The notes under the pieces were generated by a model. That model ran no database searches and was not told the origin of the DNA. It saw only the letters and a program-made list of their open reading frames with translations. Below are positions 54,551 through 63,551 of a stretch of 64,000 nucleotides of DNA, piece after piece (the first letter of the stretch is position 1; each line of letters starts with the position of its first letter). Origin of the DNA: a virus (Duplodnaviria > Heunggongvirae > Uroviricota > Caudoviricetes); IMG/VR virus record IMGVR_UViG_3300025853_000050, one strand, 5' to 3'. Both the position numbers and the translations under genes were made by a program.

Positions 54551-55648
54551 TTAATCTTCCCTCTTACCCCATCCGTAATCCGTAACAACAGGGAACCTTG
54601 GAATGCCATCAGGTGTTGGTGTGAAGTAACGAACAGTTGCCCAGTCAGGCTTTTTACCAGATTCAAGCAAACCGCTAAGTTTTTCATAAGTCCCACGGAC
54701 ACCAGCCGAAAAATCTTGACCGTCTTCAGTTTTGAAATGAAACCGTTTAATGGCCCCTGACCAGTTACCCAAACCTTCTTCAACATCCAAAACAGTATAT
54801 TCGTCAGACAAAAACTCCTTGCGCTTCAACAAATACTTCGAACGTTTGTTCTCATATTTCTCGTTAAGTCTAACCATTTGACCTTCATACTCATCATTCA
54901 AATAACGTCCGTAAAGTTCGTTCAATTCTTCATCGGAAGATACATATTGAGTATCAACAGGTTTGATATAATTCCGATCAATATCGTTATCTTTTAATCG
55001 TGCAAACAATTTCTGTAGTCGTGTCCAGAAAGGTTCAGCGCTGTATTGATCATAAACATGGAATTGAATTAATTCTTCGGATTTAAGATAATCTTCAGTT
55101 TTTGGTTTTGTTTTACGAACAATGGAAGTGATCTCGTTAAAGTCATCCCGAAGTTCGTGATTATACAATTCTCCATCCAGAATAATGTCCTTATCCAACC
55201 CCATCAAAGCCTGAACGATATGTGGACAAGATACAATTTCTTTACCTGCTCTTGTCCACAATTTACCATTCATATAAATGCATCTGATGCCATCCAGCTT
55301 AGGCTGAGACCATACTGGATACACTAAAGGAGCCTTTAGTTTGGTATAATCGTTTGCTAGCATCGGTTTGAATTTATCGAACTTACCGACATCATCAATA
55401 TTCAAAAAATATCCACGAGTCAGTTTCTTTTCCATATCAGCTGTGGCTTCAAAAATTGCTTGCTCTTCTTCATTACGTTCGTTGGATCGACCAACATTTG
55501 TGGCTTCCACAATCTTAGGCTCGCTGGTAACTTTTTTACCATCAATTAAACCAGCAACGGTGTACCAAGAATTACCATCCGCAAACGCTTGCCATGTTCT
55601 GATTTTACCCTTTGTATCCAATTTATAGATTACGTTCGTACTAAACAT
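54551..55648 (-). CDS. ATP-dependent DNA ligase (T7-type, about 365 aa)
   Basis: Motif I PKLDGIRC (KxDG); EGQMVRLNE (motif IV-like); LLKRK (motif V-like). Confidence 0.65.
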   Translation of the reverse strand: MFSTNVIYKLDTKGKIRTWQAFADGNSWYTVAGLIDGKKVTSEPKIVEATNVGRSNERNEEEQAIFEATADMEKKLTRGYFLNIDDVGKFDKFKPMLANDYTKLKAPLVYPVWSQPKLDGIRCIYMNGKLWTRAGKEIVSCPHIVQALMGLDKDIILDGELYNHELRDDFNEITSIVRKTKPKTEDYLKSEELIQFHVYDQYSAEPFWTRLQKLFARLKDNDIDRNYIKPVDTQYVSSDEELNELYGRYLNDEYEGQMVRLNEKYENKRSKYLLKRKEFLSDEYTVLDVEEGLGNWSGAIKRFHFKTEDGQDFSAGVRGTYEKLSGLLESGKKPDWATVRYFTPTPDGIPRFPVVTDYGWGKRED

Positions 55649-56073
55649 TATTCATTCCTATCCAAGTAAACAGACATTTTTCCAATTGTATATTCAGATA
55701 CTTCTAAGGTGTTTTTATCAACCGCACCGCAACCGATAAGATTGTATATCAATGGCACGTCAGATTCTAATAGCTGTTTATACGCTTCAGACAGAGGCGT
55801 TTGGAATGTTGTAAATTCCACAAATACGTCTTCGCCATCGATCACGATTGAATTAATCTTACCAATTACTTTGTCAAGCACAACTTCCGATAAAAACGTT
55901 GTCTCGGAAATATTTTCTGGGCCATCTAATTCAACAAACAATTCATTGGTAAGCGCTTCATCAATAGCATTTTGAAGCACATCCGTATTATAGATTCTAC
56001 CAGATACACACGGTACTCCAGCTTTCATCATCACTTTTACTGTTTTAGTAATACTCATTCCACAACAACCCAT
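55648..56073 (-). CDS. hypothetical protein
   Basis: 141-aa ORF. Confidence 0.3.
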   Translation of the reverse strand: MGCCGMSITKTVKVMMKAGVPCVSGRIYNTDVLQNAIDEALTNELFVELDGPENISETTFLSEVVLDKVIGKINSIVIDGEDVFVEFTTFQTPLSEAYKQLLESDVPLIYNLIGCGAVDKNTLEVSEYTIGKMSVYLDRNE

Positions 56074-56366
56074 TCAATTTTGGTTACTTCTTTTTGTTCA
56101 ACACGCCAAAGTTCTTGCGGATAATCTTCGGGCTCTGATCCATATGCGTAGCTATTATCATACCAACCAACCCAACTACCCCATAGGGATTCGTCTTTGG
56201 TTACATTTTCATCAATAACCATTCGAATTTGGTAACTGGTGATGTCATGCTTAACATGTACTTCATCAAGCTGTTCGTCCCAGTCCCAATCATCATTATC
56301 AAAGTATTCAAAAATCTCTGGGTGCGTATCGCGTGTGATTTTGTTGATTTTTCTATAGTGTGCCAT
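56055..56366 (-). CDS. hypothetical Trp/acidic-rich protein
   Basis: 103-aa ORF. Confidence 0.3.
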   Translation of the reverse strand: MAHYRKINKITRDTHPEIFEYFDNDDWDWDEQLDEVHVKHDITSYQIRMVIDENVTKDESLWGSWVGWYDNSYAYGSEPEDYPQELWRVEQKEVTKIEWVVVE

Positions 56367-56894
56367 TTATTTCAGTTCCTCAATGTTTACTGGTGTGTAA
56401 TTAGTCTGCTCGACGCAAACACATTTGTACGGTCCTTCAGGACTTTTATTTTGGTGGATATGACCATGTACATTAATGGGTGTTAAATCACCAAATCGTC
56501 CTTCTTTAAGAGTAGAAGGATGTACTGGGACATGCGTCAGCAAAAGACCTAAATCTTTAAACTGACGCCACATCATGACCTTTTGAAAGTGACCACTCAA
56601 AGTCAATTCCTTGACATTATCATGATTACCAACAATCAGCCGTTTTGATCCCATTAGTCTAGGGAAATTCTTAGCCATCCAATCTCTCTTGTTAGTGCCA
56701 AAGAGAACATCACCAAGATGATAAACTTCGTCACCAGGTCTTACAACCTGATTCCAGTTTCTAATCATGATTTCATTCATCTCTTGAACACTATCAAAAG
56801 ATCGAACTGGGTTACCAATACTATCATTAAAGTTGAGAATATTGGCATGGTTAAAGTGGGTATCAGAGATTACCCAAATATCACGAGCCATCAC
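56367..56894 (-). CDS. calcineurin-like metallophosphoesterase
   Basis: ISDTHFNH, HLGDVLFG, GNHD and GHIH metal-ligand motifs in canonical order. Confidence 0.6.
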   Translation of the reverse strand: MMARDIWVISDTHFNHANILNFNDSIGNPVRSFDSVQEMNEIMIRNWNQVVRPGDEVYHLGDVLFGTNKRDWMAKNFPRLMGSKRLIVGNHDNVKELTLSGHFQKVMMWRQFKDLGLLLTHVPVHPSTLKEGRFGDLTPINVHGHIHQNKSPEGPYKCVCVEQTNYTPVNIEELK

Positions 56895-57150
56895 GAGCCT
56901 TCATAAAGTTGTAGTAAGCTTCTTTCATTGCATCTGCAAAGACTTCGGCTTCCAATTCATAATCAAAACAATCCTCGGCATCAAGATCATCTTCTTCATC
57001 CTCAAGAATCATTTCATTCTTTTCCAACATATCCAGGACTTCATCCTGAGACATATATTTCAAGCATGCAGTCAACATAGTTTCTTCAGATACCAAATTG
57101 TTATCTACTAGATCATATGCATAACCACGTGCGTCTTTAATCTGTTTCAT
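56881..57150 (-). CDS. hypothetical highly acidic protein
   Basis: 89-aa ORF. Confidence 0.3.
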   Translation of the reverse strand: MKQIKDARGYAYDLVDNNLVSEETMLTACLKYMSQDEVLDMLEKNEMILEDEEDDLDAEDCFDYELEAEVFADAMKEAYYNFMKARDGS

Positions 57151-57220
57151 TTTGATTTCCTTTTCTCAATTTATGAATTGAATATATCCGATATCGAACT
57201 TTTTGTCAATCGGAAAATAC

Positions 57221-57484
57221 TTATTCTTGGATAGTAACTTCAAGAACATCAATTGTATCTTTCAAAGACTCAGGATATTCTTCGTCTTTTAGAAAGGACA
57301 CTAATTGATGCTCATGCTCTGCAATGAGAGTGAAGTAATACAATGATGGGTCTGTAGGATCACGATCAAAGTCACCAACATACATACCACCCTCTGTTAC
57401 CAGAGTCATTAGTACATTACGAAAATCCTTATGGTCGTCAAGATCAATAAGGATTTTCTTCAGTGTAATTGTATAATACTTCAT
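57221..57484 (-). CDS. hypothetical protein
   Basis: 87-aa ORF. Confidence 0.3.
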   Translation of the reverse strand: MKYYTITLKKILIDLDDHKDFRNVLMTLVTEGGMYVGDFDRDPTDPSLYYFTLIAEHEHQLVSFLKDEEYPESLKDTIDVLEVTIQE

Positions 57485-57784
57485 TACTCTACATTCTCCA
57501 ATTCATAGATATCAGCTAGTTCGTCATAATACTGATCTTCAGACATTAGATAACCTCTACTACTTTGTCGTCCATCATATAGTGGACAGATGCCTCAAAA
57601 CCCAATTTCTTTGAGAATTGAATTGCATCAATGATATTATCAAAGATTTTCCAGTGATAATAATTGAAGTTGTTTAGATAAACCTGATACATAACATCAC
57701 CTCTTTGTTCTCATTATGATTATAATATCAAATCATATCTTAGATGTCAACAAAAAAATAGGGAAACTTTCGCTCCCCCTATTT

Positions 57785-58540
57785 TCACTCCAAATCAAAA
57801 TAAGCCAACTCAAAATTATTATGGCCAAACTCATGAGGATAACCACGACAGTTCATGTGAACCTGAGTATTACCCAAATGATAGCCTATACTATAGTGTG
57901 TATGGCCACAAATCCAATGTTTGATATCTGAGTCAGCAACAAAGTTTTCAAGATTTGAATGGAAAGCATAGTTCAACTTACTATTCGCATGTTGTGGTGC
58001 CATCGACAATTGCGACGGACAATGATGTGTAACAACCACATCCGCACTTCTATCAAAGTTTCTGATACTTAATTCATGATAAGACACCATATCATCCACA
58101 GTGAATTTTTCGCCTTTATCGGAGCCCCTAATCCAATTATAATCATTCATACCATGATGAATAGAGTACATATCAATAGGGTTTCGATTGTTGGCATTAG
58201 TCCACAATGTAGAACACCAGAAAGTTTTACCATCAAAAATCATGCCCTCATTTTCAAGGACAAAAAGATTACTGATGTAACCAAGACGTTCTTGAATTTG
58301 ATAGAACGCATCAGGAAAGCGTGAGTCATAATATTCATGGTTTCCCATGATATAGATCACGCTCCCAAAGTTGGCACAAGTATCCTTGAACCATTGGTGC
58401 ATTGCACCTGTACCACGATTATTCAATGTACTTGCCATTGTGATATCACCAGCAAGGATTAACAAATCCGCACCATCGTTTTCCAATGGCTTCATTAGCC
58501 GATGTTCTAGATGTAGATCACTTGCATAAGCGATTTTCAT
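57785..58540 (-). CDS. calcineurin-like metallophosphoesterase, paralog 1
   Basis: SDLHLEH, AGDIT, GNHEYY, VTHHCP and GHTHY motifs; paralogous to 59194..59937. Confidence 0.6.
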   Translation of the reverse strand: MKIAYASDLHLEHRLMKPLENDGADLLILAGDITMASTLNNRGTGAMHQWFKDTCANFGSVIYIMGNHEYYDSRFPDAFYQIQERLGYISNLFVLENEGMIFDGKTFWCSTLWTNANNRNPIDMYSIHHGMNDYNWIRGSDKGEKFTVDDMVSYHELSIRNFDRSADVVVTHHCPSQLSMAPQHANSKLNYAFHSNLENFVADSDIKHWICGHTHYSIGYHLGNTQVHMNCRGYPHEFGHNNFELAYFDLE

Positions 58541-58550
58541 TGTTTTTCTC

Positions 58551-58817
58551 CTAATTAATAGGGAATAATACTAATGCCCTTTGTTCTTGACGAATTTCAT
58601 CAACATCATATTCATCAGGCTCTTCTTCTAAATTCTGGTCAAAATACATCTCACCAGAATAGGTGCTATATGGTATATAATAACCTTCATCAAAATCAGA
58701 AAATGGTGAATAATTATTACCCTCGCTGTCTGAACTCATAACAACTAACATTTCTGGATCATATGTTTCCAAAATTTGGATAAAGTCTTTTACATTCATT
58801 TCATTTACTCCAATCAT
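58551..58817 (-). CDS. small acidic protein, paralog of 49100..49354
   Basis: Alignable by eye with the 49100 protein; immediately downstream of metallophosphoesterase paralog 1. Confidence 0.4.
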   Translation of the reverse strand: MIGVNEMNVKDFIQILETYDPEMLVVMSSDSEGNNYSPFSDFDEGYYIPYSTYSGEMYFDQNLEEEPDEYDVDEIRQEQRALVLFPIN

Positions 58818-59154
58818 AATTTAACCAGTCAGTATCTTCATCAAGCATAACAGTTCCTGGATATTTGTCAAGTAGTTTTTGGTAGATTCCAACAGACGCC
58901 ATTTTTAAACCATACCGTTCTTTATTACAGACATATCGACTACCAGAAGAACCCCAGATGTTATAGCAATCACCAGCATCTTCCACTGAAACAATTCCTG
59001 AATTAAGACGCCAGGAATCGCCGTATAGATAACTACCGCCCCAGGCACCTAGTACACGATAGTCAACATCATGATATGGGTTAGCAATTTTAAGTACTAC
59101 CCAAAAGTCAGGGTTATATGTGTTCATCAAAGTCATCCTATTCAAATTATACAC
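58801..59154 (-). CDS. hypothetical protein
   Basis: 117-aa ORF. Confidence 0.3.
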   Translation of the reverse strand: MYNLNRMTLMNTYNPDFWVVLKIANPYHDVDYRVLGAWGGSYLYGDSWRLNSGIVSVEDAGDCYNIWGSSGSRYVCNKERYGLKMASVGIYQKLLDKYPGTVMLDEDTDWLNYDWSK

Positions 59155-59157
59155 ATA

Positions 59158-59192
59158 TTATAAAATAATTTTATTAAGAAGTAAAGCGTTTT
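59158..59192 (-). promoter_or_regulatory. T4-type early promoter
   Basis: Reverse complement reads AAAAAACGCTTTACTTCTTAATAAAATTATTTTATAATATGTGTATAATTTGAATAGG. Confidence 0.45.
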
Positions 59193-59193
59193 T

Positions 59194-59937
59194 TTAAATC
59201 TCAAAATATTTCATTTTGAATTCAGGTCGCATATCATCCAAATAACAATTTGACATAACTTTTGTGCCACCAATTTCAAATTCAGTGTTGTAATGAACAT
59301 GCCCGTAAATCCAATATTTGATATTTGAATCATGAATCTTTTCGTCTAAATTACTATAAAAAGCACCAGAAGTAGTACTATATCTAAAACGAGGATGCGT
59401 CGCTTTATAACTAGGAGCATGATGCGTTACCACAATATCTGCATTATAATTAATTGAATTGACCGTTTCTTCAAACAATTTAACTGTATCGCTTGGTGAT
59501 AGATTTCTTGTATATCCATCCCCACAAGAAATACGATTGTAATCATTAATCGTCATCCTACATTGTTCCATGATTAAAGGGTCATTACGGTTCATATCTG
59601 ACCACAATGTTCCCATCCAAATTTTGATACCATAATAATCGTATTCATGGTTGTTGGCAATACACAAATTACCAATGTGACCTAACTTCTCCCGAAGAAT
59701 TCTAACTGTATCATCAATATGACCCATATAGTGTTCATGATTACCAGGAATATACAAAACCTGATGAAAATTACTACAAGTTTCCTCAAAGAACTTTAGA
59801 TACTTTTCTGCCTCGAATGCGACACAAATATCACCGGCCAGGATTAATAGGTCCGCCCCCTCTTCATTCTGAAGTCCTTCGGACAGCTTTGTCCATTCTA
59901 AATGAATATCAGAACAATAAGCAATTTTCTTAGTCAT
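59194..59937 (-). CDS. calcineurin-like metallophosphoesterase, paralog 2
   Basis: SDIHLEW, AGDIC, GNHEHY, VTHHAP and GHVHY motifs. Confidence 0.6.
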   Translation of the reverse strand: MTKKIAYCSDIHLEWTKLSEGLQNEEGADLLILAGDICVAFEAEKYLKFFEETCSNFHQVLYIPGNHEHYMGHIDDTVRILREKLGHIGNLCIANNHEYDYYGIKIWMGTLWSDMNRNDPLIMEQCRMTINDYNRISCGDGYTRNLSPSDTVKLFEETVNSINYNADIVVTHHAPSYKATHPRFRYSTTSGAFYSNLDEKIHDSNIKYWIYGHVHYNTEFEIGGTKVMSNCYLDDMRPEFKMKYFEI

Positions 59938-60208
59938 GTCAACCCCTTTTTATGTTTTACTTTTCTGGTGTACTTAGTTTTGTTACGAACTATTTTATGC
60001 TTAAACTGACCCTTACAAAGAGCAGCAGCAATAGGGTTTCTTTTGATACTCATGATATTAACCTTTCAAATCACATGATTATTATACTAAGGTTATGTCT
60101 GATAGTAAAGATAAAAATAAGGGTAATTCATAAATTTCTTTCTTTACTTTCACATAGGGTTAGGGTATAATATGCGTATAAATTGAAAACGGCGATTAGG
60201 AGTAAAAA

Positions 60209-60496
60209 ATGTCCCGTGTTCCAATAACAATAAAAATTGATGAGTTTATTTGTACAGATCTAGGGTATATTCGTAAAATGCATAAAACCCGAGATTATTC
60301 GCAGTTGATGGCGGTTGTCGAACGCATGCAAATGCACGCAAATGCAATGGAGTCTGCAATTCATAACTATAGCGATATTAAATACAAATTGGCCTTAAAG
60401 GTAAATGACCCAGAAGTTTCAGATGAAGATTTTCGCAAACTTTCCAAAAAAGCTTTGAATCATATTTCTGAAAAATATGACGTGGAAGGGGATTAA
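60209..60496 (+). CDS. hypothetical protein
   Basis: 95-aa ORF with RBS AGGAG. Confidence 0.35.
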   Translation: MSRVPITIKIDEFICTDLGYIRKMHKTRDYSQLMAVVERMQMHANAMESAIHNYSDIKYKLALKVNDPEVSDEDFRKLSKKALNHISEKYDVEGD

Positions 60497-60499
60497 TCC

Positions 60500-60682
60500 A
60501 TGACTGAAGATCGCGACATTTTTGAAGAGTTTCATAAAGCCGTGAAGAATAAGCGAGCAGAGCGTATTAAACGGGACAGTGCTGCTCGACATCGACGAAA
60601 AGCCGCTAAACAAGCAAAATACGAACATCAACGCAAAGTTGACGAAGAATACGAAGATATGTATTATAAGGATTATAATTAA
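60500..60682 (+). CDS. small basic protein
   Basis: 60 aa, Arg/Lys-rich. Confidence 0.3.
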   Translation: MTEDRDIFEEFHKAVKNKRAERIKRDSAARHRRKAAKQAKYEHQRKVDEEYEDMYYKDYN

Positions 60683-61272
60683 TGTTATATCCAGATCCCA
60701 CAAAAGTTATTCTGACTGACTGTGATGGAGTATTGGTGAATTGGGATTATGCTTTCAAGGGATATATGATGTCTCATGGTTATAAAGTAGAAACAGAGAC
60801 CGAATATTGCATGGGTCAAACTTTCGGTATTGATCCTGATCATGCATTTGAAATGATCCAGCGATTCAACGAAAGTGCGGCAATTGCCAATCTTCCCCCA
60901 ATGCGAGATGCTATCAAGTACGTTCGCAAATTGCACGAAGAACATGGTTATATCTTTCACGTGATTACCACAGTTGGTAATTCAGAGGATACTATCCGTG
61001 CCCGTAAAACTAATCTGGAAAATCTATTTGGTAAAACCGCAATCGCCAAAATTGATTGTTTGGATCACGAAGAAAGTAAAACCACTTGCCTCGAACATTA
61101 TAAAGACAGTGGATGTTTTTGGCTTGAAGATAAACCAAGCAATGCAGTTTTAGGTGCAGAATTGGGGCTAAATTCTATACTGCTCCATCATACATATAAT
61201 TCAAATTTTAGCCACCCATTGATCAACCGAATCGTTACTTGGAAAAACCTTTATAACGATTATTTTGTTTAA
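60682..61272 (+). CDS. HAD-superfamily phosphatase (motif I ILTDCDGVL; cf. phosphatase domain of T4 Pnk, DVDGTL)
   Basis: DxDG(V/T) motif at the N-terminus; 196 aa. Confidence 0.5.
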   Translation: MLYPDPTKVILTDCDGVLVNWDYAFKGYMMSHGYKVETETEYCMGQTFGIDPDHAFEMIQRFNESAAIANLPPMRDAIKYVRKLHEEHGYIFHVITTVGNSEDTIRARKTNLENLFGKTAIAKIDCLDHEESKTTCLEHYKDSGCFWLEDKPSNAVLGAELGLNSILLHHTYNSNFSHPLINRIVTWKNLYNDYFV

Positions 61273-61280
61273 ATAGTAAT

Positions 61281-61356
61281 GGTCCTGTGGTGTAATGGTC
61301 AACACCCACTGCTCATAACAGTCGAGATATCGGTTCGAATCCGGTCGGGACTACCA
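61281..61356 (+). tRNA. tRNA-Met/fMet/Ile2 (CAT), plus strand
   Basis: D GTGT-AATGGTCA-ACAC; anticodon loop CTCATAA; T-arm ATCGG-TTCGAAT-CCGGT; CCA encoded. Confidence 0.5.
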
Positions 61357-61375
61357 CTTTTCTTGGAGATGTAAT

Positions 61376-61642
61376 ATGGACGATTATACAGTGCATGAAG
61401 TTTTAATTGACAGTCATCATGGAATTTATGTTCCTCAGATTTTTGCTGAACGCTATGATGCCAACGAATATCATTTATATGGTATTGATCCAGAAGATAT
61501 TGATATTCTGATTGAAGGCCCGGATCACGAAGATTATTGGGAAGCCTGGAATAATGTTTTGAATGATGCCTTTAGTGAAGATGGAAGAAAATACCTCCAT
61601 CAAGATGGCGATTTGTTTTTAATTGAATGGAATGATGAATGA
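61376..61642 (+). CDS. hypothetical acidic protein
   Basis: 88-aa ORF. Confidence 0.35.
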   Translation: MDDYTVHEVLIDSHHGIYVPQIFAERYDANEYHLYGIDPEDIDILIEGPDHEDYWEAWNNVLNDAFSEDGRKYLHQDGDLFLIEWNDE

Positions 61643-62001
61643 AACCCTTTGTACATGCCAAAAACTCCGTGAAACGATACGGAGGTCAAATCGAAGATTA
61701 TATGCCAATTCATAATTGGTTTGATCAAACAAAATCGGCTTATGCTAATTTCGGCCACCGGGCCATTCTCCATAATACATTCGGAATTTACCTATGCGAG
61801 CAAGTGTTTGGAGATACAATGGTAAACTCGGATGGTAAGACTTTGTCTGTTCGAGATATTGGCGAGGATCATGTGAAAGAAGATTGTGGTGGTAAAATCC
61901 CAACAATCAAGGATTGGTTGAAAAGTATTGAACCGGAAGCCTGGATGTTAGGTAAGGGTCAGAAAGCCTTTGCCAAAATGAATAATTTAGATGCTGAGTG
62001 A
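61639..62001 (+). CDS. hypothetical protein
   Basis: 120-aa ORF. Confidence 0.35.
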   Translation: MKPFVHAKNSVKRYGGQIEDYMPIHNWFDQTKSAYANFGHRAILHNTFGIYLCEQVFGDTMVNSDGKTLSVRDIGEDHVKEDCGGKIPTIKDWLKSIEPEAWMLGKGQKAFAKMNNLDAE

Positions 62002-62552
62002 GGAGTTACAAAATGAGCACAGCAATGAATGAAATTGCTTCTTGGAACGACAGAGTGCAAGATCTGGAAGATAAACTCAATAAAATGAAACGTGAGATGG
62101 TTGAACCATTCACCGAACTATTGGTTAAACTTATTAAGGAAGAACTTTTTGATAAGTATCAAGTAGAAAAGGTATTTTGGACTCAATATACTCCATATTT
62201 CAATGATGGCGAAGCTTGTGAATTTAGTGTTCAGGAAAAGGCTTGTGTTGTCATCGGCGATGAAGATGCTTGTGATTATGAAGGTAGCATTTTGTACTAC
62301 ACAAGTATGGAAGATTTACAAAAAGATCTAAATCATCCAACATATGGTTGGTATAGATCAAACGCCAAAGATGCTCTTGAAGTTTCTAAACTTGAGCCTA
62401 ATTATTTTGAATTAGTCAAAACTTGGCGGAAAATTGCCCGTGTTATGGATAATATCAGTACTGATATTTATCTATTCGCTTTTGGTGATCATGTTAAAGT
62501 AACCATCGTCCGAGATGGGGAAATTGAAATTGATGAGTATGATCACGACTAA
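61998..62552 (+). CDS. hypothetical acidic protein
   Basis: 184-aa ORF. Confidence 0.35.
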   Translation: MRSYKMSTAMNEIASWNDRVQDLEDKLNKMKREMVEPFTELLVKLIKEELFDKYQVEKVFWTQYTPYFNDGEACEFSVQEKACVVIGDEDACDYEGSILYYTSMEDLQKDLNHPTYGWYRSNAKDALEVSKLEPNYFELVKTWRKIARVMDNISTDIYLFAFGDHVKVTIVRDGEIEIDEYDHD

Positions 62553-62596
62553 ATAAAAATGTCTCTATATTATAATATAATGAAATTGGAACTATA

Positions 62597-62860
62597 ATGG
62601 GTCAACTTGAGCAACATCTACGAGAAACAAGGCAAGAAGCAAATATCCTATACGTAATAGCGATCATATCGTGCATCGTGTCAAACGCTGCCTTTCTTCC
62701 TATTACGTATTTTCCTAATTTGTCTACTAATATGTCTATTGGAACTCAGGCAAATATAGGCGCGGTCGCGTGTACATTTGCGCTAATTGGGTTCGTAACT
62801 ATAACCAGGGCAAGTGCGCTTTACACATATTTAAAACGTAATTCGGCCTCTATAGTATAA
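62597..62860 (+). CDS. small membrane protein (uncertain; 3' end overlaps tRNA-like gene)
   Basis: 87 aa, hydrophobic. Confidence 0.25.
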   Translation: MGQLEQHLRETRQEANILYVIAIISCIVSNAAFLPITYFPNLSTNMSIGTQANIGAVACTFALIGFVTITRASALYTYLKRNSASIV

Positions 62861-62921
62861 TGGTTAGTGCGCCTGCCTCTAAATCAGTGAAGTGTTGGTT
62901 CGAATCCGACTAGAGACACCA
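62846..62921 (+). tRNA. tRNA-like gene with anticodon CTA (amber-suppressor-type), weak anticodon stem
   Basis: Standard 76-nt geometry: acceptor GCCTCTA/TAGAGAC, TA, D GTAT-AATGGTTA-GTGC, anticodon loop CTCTAAA, T-arm GTTGG-TTCGAAT-CCGAC, ACCA. Confidence 0.4.
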
Positions 62922-63017
62922 AAAAACTTATAAGGAATTAAATATGTACTAGATTAGACCACCTCCTAGCAACTTGCTATGAACATAAATGAAAAATTAT
63001 ATATTAGGAGAATTAAA

Positions 63018-63506
63018 ATGAGTATTGAACTAAAAGTTAAAACAAAACACCTGGCCGAAGAAGCCAGAATTATTCGCTTTGAAGAAAAGAAATTTACGAA
63101 ACGTTTACGTGCAGATATTGCATATAACTACGATTCGAGTGATAGTTTTGTAAGTCGTAATAAAAATTATAAAACATTCTATGATCTTTATACCCATAGG
63201 GTTAATGTTGTTCGTAATGAACAACGTGCTTCATATTTGGCACGGGCCTTCATTGAAGGTAAAGAATATAACAGAGTTGAACATACACGAAATCCTGATA
63301 AGTATGAAGAATTCTTTCATATTATTACCAAGCGGGTTGCTATCATGGTGGCAAAATACGACGCGAAATATTCTTATTATCGTTATAAATATGAAAAAGA
63401 ACCTAATTACGCCGATGCTTTACTAAAGGCTATTCGCGAATGGTGTGATGCCAGACCCCATTACGATTCTGAAATGAAGCGCAACAAAGCTTTGCATAAT
63501 CAATAA
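63018..63506 (+). CDS. hypothetical protein (start at MSIELKV after RBS TTAGGAGAAT)
   Basis: ORF track 62979..63506; the internal start with a good RBS is preferred. Confidence 0.35.
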   Translation: MSIELKVKTKHLAEEARIIRFEEKKFTKRLRADIAYNYDSSDSFVSRNKNYKTFYDLYTHRVNVVRNEQRASYLARAFIEGKEYNRVEHTRNPDKYEEFFHIITKRVAIMVAKYDAKYSYYRYKYEKEPNYADALLKAIREWCDARPHYDSEMKRNKALHNQ

Positions 63507-63516
63507 ATTATTGAAT

Positions 63517-63551
63517 CCCCTAAATATCTAAAACATTTAGGGGATTTTTTT
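63517..63551 (+). terminator. rho-independent terminator
   Basis: cccctaaatatctaaaacatttagggg followed by a T-run. Confidence 0.55.
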
